64,000 nucleotides of DNA from Acidimicrobiia bacterium (GTDB lineage Bacteria > Actinomycetota > Acidimicrobiia > Spongiisociales > ZC4RG35): contig JBBDWM010000042.1 of the NCBI GenBank assembly GCA_040902845.1, forward strand, positions 7,343-71,342, given 5' to 3'. Shown here in pieces: positions 58,697-64,000 of this stretch (position 1 is the stretch's first letter; each line of letters opens with the position of its first letter). The notes beneath the pieces are model-generated. The model worked only from the letters and a program-made list of their open reading frames with translations. It was not told the DNA's origin and made no database searches. The position numbers and the translations under genes are program-made.

Positions 58697-59515
58697 ATGG
58701 GAAGAAGAATCATCGGGCTGCTGGTAGCAGCCGCACTGACAGTTGGCGCCTGCGGGACCGGAGGGGGCACCCTCGAGCCGCCCGACGAGCCAGATTCCCC
58801 GGTTCTCCGAATCCATTACGAAGGTGGCTTCGTCCCCGTGGAGACCAGCCTCGGCATGGGGCCATCCTTTCAACTTCTGAGCGACGGCCGGCTCATCTTC
58901 CAGGGCGTCACCACCATGCAATACCCCGGGCCCCTGGTCGTGCCCTATCAGCAGGTTCAGCTCAGTGAGGCCGACGTAGATCGGGTGCTGGCCCTGATCA
59001 ACGAGATGGGGCTGGCAGACATGGTCGACGAGAGGGACGACTCTCAGACCAACTTCGTCGCCGATGCCCCCACGTACGTGATCACCTACTGGGACGAGGA
59101 AGGTGAGCACAAGTACTCGGTGTACGGACTCGGGATTGACTCCGACTCGGGCAACGAGGCAACCCGGCTCGCGCTCGAACTCGACACCTTGATGTGGGAG
59201 CTCGCCTCAGGCGAAACCGAGACCTATGTGGCGGATGAAATCATTGTGTTCGCTGGCGTCAGCATGACTGAGCCCGAGCCCGGCTTCGAGGACATCCGCC
59301 CCTGGCCGCTCCCCGATGACCCACAGGGTTGGCGCGGGTTCAGCGGGATCGACTGGAAATGCAACGTCTACCCCGGTGACAGCCTCGATCTGTTCACCGA
59401 TGCAACCCAGGTCACCCAGTGGACCGCGCCGACCGCAGACGCCGGTCCCTACACCCTCGTGGTCCGCCAGCTCCTGCCCGGTGAGGACGGTTGCCCGGTC
59501 CTCGGCTCCCCCTAA
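58697..59515 (+). CDS. Hypothetical lipoprotein
   Basis: Signal peptide ending VGAC; EGGF, DGRLI, VADAPT, RQLLPGE. Confidence 0.7.
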   Translation: MGRRIIGLLVAAALTVGACGTGGGTLEPPDEPDSPVLRIHYEGGFVPVETSLGMGPSFQLLSDGRLIFQGVTTMQYPGPLVVPYQQVQLSEADVDRVLALINEMGLADMVDERDDSQTNFVADAPTYVITYWDEEGEHKYSVYGLGIDSDSGNEATRLALELDTLMWELASGETETYVADEIIVFAGVSMTEPEPGFEDIRPWPLPDDPQGWRGFSGIDWKCNVYPGDSLDLFTDATQVTQWTAPTADAGPYTLVVRQLLPGEDGCPVLGSP

Positions 59516-59534
59516 CCAGCGGCCGCTACGCATG

Positions 59535-59603
59535 GGAGTAGCCCCCTCCGTCGCCTACGGCGCCACCTCCCCCAACGTCGCTCCGCTCCTGGGGGAGGAA
59601 ATG
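59535..59603. repeat. 69-bp REP/CIR-like repeat, copy 1
   Basis: GGAGTAGCCCCCTCCGTCGCCTACGGCGCCACCTCCCCCAACGTCGCTCCGCTCCTGGGGGAGGAAATG. Confidence 0.85.
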
Positions 59604-59700
59604 GGGGGGAGCCCGCTACGAGAAGATCGGGTCGTTTTCCTCTACAAGGCACCCGCTTATTCCGCACAGAATCGCGGGGTCCAGCGTCCAGGAGGTCGTT

Positions 59701-60249
59701 ATGAAGGCTCTTGTCGTCTATGAGTCGATGTTTGGAAACACCAAGTTGATCGCCGAGGCGGTCGCTGGGGGCCTCACCCGCCATCTGGACGTTGAGACCG
59801 TCGAGGTCGGGCAGAAGCCGGTCTTCGGCCCAGGGGTTGACCTCGTCGTGGTGGGTGGCCCGACGCATGCATTCGGCATGACCCGGGCCAGCACCAGGAA
59901 GTCGGCTGCTGAGCAGACGGAGGGGGATCTGGTCTCGCGGGGAATCGGGATCCGGGAATGGATCGAGGGTCTGGGCGCGCCCGCAGAGTCTGTGTCTGCC
60001 GCCGCCTTTGACACAAGGATCGACAAGCCCCGTCTGCCCGGCTCGGCCGCGGCTGCTGCCCAGAGAAGGCTGCGCAAGCTGGGATTCCGCCTCCCGACAG
60101 AACCCGAGAGCTTCTTCGTCGACGGTACGACAGGGCCGTTGCTCGCCGACGAGTACGAGCGGGCCCACCTCTGGGGCGAGGAACTTGGGTCCAAGGTCTT
60201 CGCGAGGGCACCGATCAGCGTCCGTTTCTCCCCCCAGCGAACGAACTGA
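59701..60249 (+). CDS. Flavodoxin-family protein
   Basis: VYESMFGNT, VGGPTH, AAFDTR; AGGAGG RBS. Confidence 0.88.
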   Translation: MKALVVYESMFGNTKLIAEAVAGGLTRHLDVETVEVGQKPVFGPGVDLVVVGGPTHAFGMTRASTRKSAAEQTEGDLVSRGIGIREWIEGLGAPAESVSAAAFDTRIDKPRLPGSAAAAAQRRLRKLGFRLPTEPESFFVDGTTGPLLADEYERAHLWGEELGSKVFARAPISVRFSPQRTN

Positions 60250-60289
60250 GCGTTGGGGGAGGAAACAAACGGGCAACCCGTCACCCGTC

Positions 60290-60358
60290 GGAGTAGCCCC
60301 CTCCGTCGCCTCCGGCGCCACCTCCCCCAACGTCGCTGTGCTCCTGGGGGAGGAAATG
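60290..60358. repeat. 69-bp REP/CIR-like repeat, copy 2
   Basis: Differs from copy 1 at 3 positions; same orientation. Confidence 0.85.
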
Positions 60359-60364
60359 TCGCTG

Positions 60365-61723
60365 CTAGCCGGCGATCACTGGGATCTTTGCCATGGCGGC
60401 GGCAATCCGCTCCGCGGGGTACTCGTAGTCCTCCAGAGAGCCGTCGAAGTGGGACTGGTAGGCGGACATGTCGAAGTGACCGTGCCCGGATAGGTTGAAC
60501 AGGATCACCTTCTCCTCGGCGGCCTCCTTGGCCTGCTCGGCCTGAGCGATAGCCGCCGCGATCGCATGGCTCGCCTCCGGTGCGGGAATGATGCCTTCGG
60601 TCCGCGCAAACTTGACCGCCGCGGTGAAGGTCTCGACCTGATGCCTCGACTCGGCTTCGATGATCCCTTCATCCTTGAGCAGCGACACCAGCGGCGCCAT
60701 CCCGTGATACCGAAGCCCTCCGGCGTGGATCGGGTCGGGAATGAAGTCGTGGCCCAGAGTGTGCATCTTGACGATTGGGGCCATCCCCACCGCGTCCCCG
60801 AAGTCGAATTGATAGCTGCCCCTGGTCAGGGACGGGGCGGCGGCAGGCTCAACTGCGATCACGATCGGATTGGTATTGCCGGCCAGCTTTTCGCGGATGA
60901 ACGGGAACGTCAGCCCTGAGAAGTTGGAGCCGCCACCGGCGCAACCGATGATTACGTCAGGCGTCTCATCGACCAGGGCCATCTGCTTCAGCGCCTCCTC
61001 ACCGATCACGGTCTGATGCATCAAGACGTGGTTGAGGACCGAGCCGAGGGAGTACTTGGTGTCGTCGTGGGTTGCGGCCACCTCCACCGCCTCGGAGATG
61101 GCAATGCCAAGACTTCCGGTCGAGTCGGGGTCCATCTCCAGGATCGAACGTCCCGCACCGGTTCGGTCCGACGGTGACGGGTAGACAGTTGCTCCCCAGG
61201 CTTCGATCATCGCCCGGCGATAGGGCTTCTGATCGTAGGAGGCCCGAACCATGTAGACCTCCAACTCGAGGCCGAACAGGGCGCACGCGAACGAGAGTGC
61301 CGAGCCCCATTGGCCGGCTCCTGTCTCGGTCGACAGTTTCTTGACTCCGGCCTTGGCGTTGTAATACGCCTGGGCCACCGCCGTGTTCGGCTTGTGCGAC
61401 CCGGCGGGACTGACTCCCTCGTACTTGTAATAGATGCGGGCCGGGCCGCCGATCATCTTCTCCAGGTTCTTGGCTCGGTACAGGGGCGTGGGACGCCACA
61501 TCCGATAGACCTCGCGCACCTCCTCGGGGATCTCGATGAAACGATCCTGACTGACCTCCTGGAGGATCAAGTCCATCGGGAACAGAGGAGCCAGGTCATC
61601 GGGCCCAACCGGCTCGTGGGTCCCCGGATGGAGGACAGGCGGGGGCGGCACCGGCAGATCGGGGACGATGTTGTACCAGTGGGTCGGCAGCTCTGACTCC
61701 GGCAGGGTGATCTTGGTGTCCAT
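60365..61723 (-). CDS. Tryptophan synthase beta chain type 2 (TrpB2)
   Basis: [37 protein letters not shown]. Confidence 0.93.
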   Translation of the reverse strand: MDTKITLPESELPTHWYNIVPDLPVPPPPVLHPGTHEPVGPDDLAPLFPMDLILQEVSQDRFIEIPEEVREVYRMWRPTPLYRAKNLEKMIGGPARIYYKYEGVSPAGSHKPNTAVAQAYYNAKAGVKKLSTETGAGQWGSALSFACALFGLELEVYMVRASYDQKPYRRAMIEAWGATVYPSPSDRTGAGRSILEMDPDSTGSLGIAISEAVEVAATHDDTKYSLGSVLNHVLMHQTVIGEEALKQMALVDETPDVIIGCAGGGSNFSGLTFPFIREKLAGNTNPIVIAVEPAAAPSLTRGSYQFDFGDAVGMAPIVKMHTLGHDFIPDPIHAGGLRYHGMAPLVSLLKDEGIIEAESRHQVETFTAAVKFARTEGIIPAPEASHAIAAAIAQAEQAKEAAEEKVILFNLSGHGHFDMSAYQSHFDGSLEDYEYPAERIAAAMAKIPVIAG

Positions 61724-61790
61724 GGTTTGAAGTTACACCGCGGGGTTGGGGGTATGTTGGGCGCGGTCCCACGTATCCCGGAGCGATGAG

Positions 61791-62585
61791 ATGACCGCTT
61801 ATCGATTGTTCAACCGTCGCATGGCGATAGCCGAGATGGGAAAGGCGGGTCTGGCGATCGTCGTCTTCGGGGCCGCGGCTTGCTCAAACGAGGCGACCAC
61901 CCTCCCCGGGGACAGCACCAACCCGGTCGACAACTCCTCGTCCCAGCCCACCACATCGACGACACCTGCGGAGGCCACAACCACCGTCCTTGTCGGATCG
62001 TCGTTCCAGAGGATCGACCTCGGTTTTGTCTCGGCATACATCCTCTACCGCGGAGGTGAGGCCGCCCTCGTCGACACCGGGGTGTCGGGCAGCGAAGGTG
62101 CCATCGAGACCGCCCTCGGGGCGATCGGGCTCGGATGGGACGCCGTTGGTCATGTGATCGTCACCCACAAGCATCCCGACCACCAGGGGAGCCTGGGCGC
62201 GGTGGTCGCCCTCGCGCCTGCTGCGCAGCTCTATGCCGGGGCAGCGGATATACCCGCCATGGAGGCCGTCGCCATCCCGGCCGCGGTCGGTGACGGTGAG
62301 CGGGTCTTTGGTCTCGAGATCATCGAAACCCCGGGGCACACCGCAGGGCACATTTCCGTTCTCGACACCGTGGCGGGAATCCTGGTGACCGGCGATGCCC
62401 TCAACGGGGTGGCCGGATCTGTTGCCGGGCCCGATGCTGGGTTTTCCGAAGACATGACGGTCGCCATCGAGTCCGTGACCAAGTTGGCGGGATTCACCTA
62501 CCAGGTGGCCTTGTTCGGGCACGGGGAGCCGGTGCTCTCTGAGGCTTCGGGCCAGGTCAACGAGCTGGCGTCGAGTCTCGGCTGA
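61791..62585 (+). CDS. MBL-fold metallo-hydrolase, probable exported lipoprotein
   Basis: THKHPDH, PGHTAGH, TGD, GHG; N-terminal NRR and AAAC. Confidence 0.85.
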   Translation: MTAYRLFNRRMAIAEMGKAGLAIVVFGAAACSNEATTLPGDSTNPVDNSSSQPTTSTTPAEATTTVLVGSSFQRIDLGFVSAYILYRGGEAALVDTGVSGSEGAIETALGAIGLGWDAVGHVIVTHKHPDHQGSLGAVVALAPAAQLYAGAADIPAMEAVAIPAAVGDGERVFGLEIIETPGHTAGHISVLDTVAGILVTGDALNGVAGSVAGPDAGFSEDMTVAIESVTKLAGFTYQVALFGHGEPVLSEASGQVNELASSLG

Positions 62586-62611
62586 GCCCAACCGTCTTTT
62601 ACGATCCTGAC

Positions 62612-63091
62612 GTGAGTCTGTTGGGTGAGTTGCTCGTCGGCCTGGCGATCCTGGCCGGTCTGTTCGGGATCGTGGTGCCTCTGCTACCCGGTCTGGCGCT
62701 CCAGGTCGTTGCGATCCTTGTTTGGGCTGCCGTGGTGGGTGACCCGCTGGCCTGGGGGGTGGCCATTCTCTGTCTCGCTCTGGGGGCGGCGGGCACGGTT
62801 TTCAAGTATCTGGCGCCGGGACGGCGTCTCAAGGAATCAGGGATGCCCACCCGCACCCTGGTCATCGCGATTGCCGCCGGTGTGGCCGGGTTCTTCGTGA
62901 TCCCGGTGATCGGGGCACCGATCGGATTCGTCGCCGCCATCTACGTTGCAGAGCGGATCCGGGTCGGTCCCGAGCAGGCGTGGCCGGCCACCCGCACCTC
63001 CCTGGGCGCGGTGGCCACCTCGGTTGGGATCGATCTTCTCACCGGCCTCGTCGTTGCGGGGATCTGGTTCGTGGCAGTCGTCCTGGCCTGA
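62612..63091 (+). CDS. DUF456-like membrane protein
   Basis: G.VVP.LPG and GFFVIPVIGAPIGF...YVAE. Confidence 0.8.
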   Translation: MSLLGELLVGLAILAGLFGIVVPLLPGLALQVVAILVWAAVVGDPLAWGVAILCLALGAAGTVFKYLAPGRRLKESGMPTRTLVIAIAAGVAGFFVIPVIGAPIGFVAAIYVAERIRVGPEQAWPATRTSLGAVATSVGIDLLTGLVVAGIWFVAVVLA

Positions 63092-63097
63092 GGCGGC

Positions 63098-64000
63098 TCA
63101 ATCATCGGTGGCGTGCGAAGCCTTGTCTGCAATCTCCTTGACCACGGCCTCGTTGGCCAACGTTGTGACATCACCAAGATGCCGATGCTCCGAGATGTCC
63201 TGGAGCAGACGACGCATGATCTTCCCGGATCGGGTCTTCGGCAGGTCGTCCGTAAAAACGATCGACTTCGGTTTGGCGATCGAGCCGAGGACCACCGCAA
63301 CGTGTTCCCGAAGCTCTGTGATCAACGCTTCGTCGCCCACCACCGTCCCCCGAAGTGTCACGAACGCCGCGATCGCCTGACCCGTCAGATCATCCTTACG
63401 ACCAACCACCGCCGCTTCGGCCACCGCAGGGTGGGAGACAAGGGCGGACTCGACCTCGGTGGTCGAGATGTTGTGCCCCGAGACAAGCATGATGTCGTCG
63501 ACCCTCCCCAGCAACCAGAAGTAGCCTTCCTCGTCTCGTTTGGCGCCGTCACCAGGGAAGTAGCGGCCCGGGAAACGTGTCCAATAGGTGTCGACAAAAC
63601 GCTGGTCGTCGCCGTAAATAGTGCGGGCCATCGCGGGCCAGGGCCGGTTGATGGTGAGGTAGCCGCCGCCGCCAAGGGGGACCGACTCCCCGTTCTCGTC
63701 GACCACATCGGCGAAGATCCCGGGGAAGGGGAGAGTTGCCGAGCCAGGCTTGGTGGCCACCACTCCGGGGAGCGGAGTGATCATGATCGCCCCGGTCTCC
63801 GTCTGCCACCAGGTGTCCACAATCGGGCAGTTCCCGCCCCCGATGTGCTGCTGATACCAGATCCAGGCCTCGGGGTTGATCGGCTCGCCGACGGTTCCGA
63901 TGAGACGCAACGAGGAGAGATCGTGCTTGTTGACGTGCTGCTCGCCCCATTTCATGAAGGTGCGGATGGCGGTGGGGGCGGTGTAGAAGATTGTGACCTT
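63098..64000 (-). CDS. acs: Acetyl-CoA synthetase, 3' part
   Basis: [32 protein letters not shown]; runs off the window. Confidence 0.95.
   Translation of the reverse strand, partial: KVTIFYTAPTAIRTFMKWGEQHVNKHDLSSLRLIGTVGEPINPEAWIWYQQHIGGGNCPIVDTWWQTETGAIMITPLPGVVATKPGSATLPFPGIFADVVDENGESVPLGGGGYLTINRPWPAMARTIYGDDQRFVDTYWTRFPGRYFPGDGAKRDEEGYFWLLGRVDDIMLVSGHNISTTEVESALVSHPAVAEAAVVGRKDDLTGQAIAAFVTLRGTVVGDEALITELREHVAVVLGSIAKPKSIVFTDDLPKTRSGKIMRRLLQDISEHRHLGDVTTLANEAVVKEIADKASHATDD

Noticed and set aside
59627-59642. Second DosR/OsdR-like site before the flavodoxin gene
   Set aside because: The palindrome match is too weak to distinguish from GC-rich background.
4363-60358. CRISPR array interpretation of the repeats
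   Set aside because: There is no regular repeat-spacer periodicity and no cas gene.
60365-61723. trpB2 without trpA as an anomaly
   Set aside because: Stand-alone TrpB2 is the normal, known arrangement.

Overview
A GC-rich, gene-dense chromosomal segment. It looks actinobacterial (probably Acidimicrobiia-like), judging from the LexA and GlnR boxes, frequent leaderless genes and gene families. No rRNA, tRNA, CRISPR array, integrase or transposase is evident. In order, the window holds: the 5' end of a cysteine-synthase-family gene; branched-chain amino-acid catabolism (Leu/Val dehydrogenase and a fused E1alpha-beta); argS; glcDEF; a hydantoinase/oxoprolinase A-B pair split by an AlkD-like gene; an Eis-like acetyltransferase; glnA; and most de novo purine synthesis genes (purA, D, E, B, C, S, Q, L, F, M) interleaved with alkB-like and ycaQ-like repair genes. 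Next comes a nearly complete purine degradation cluster (adenine deaminase, xanthine dehydrogenase, 8-oxoguanine deaminase-like, uricase, HIU hydrolase, allantoicase-OHCU decarboxylase fusion, allantoinase) containing an unexplained CitE/malate-synthase-like enzyme. Lipoproteins, trpB2 and the 3' part of acs follow. The best hidden element is missed by the ORF track: a complete, classical cysteine-sensing transcription attenuator at 159-328 on the minus strand (promoter, probably leaderless 22-aa peptide with CVCACCC, antiterminator, intrinsic terminator). There are also four families of small intergenic repeats, two with compensatory stem changes. Start sites were refined by eye. All product calls come from motif recognition, not database searches.
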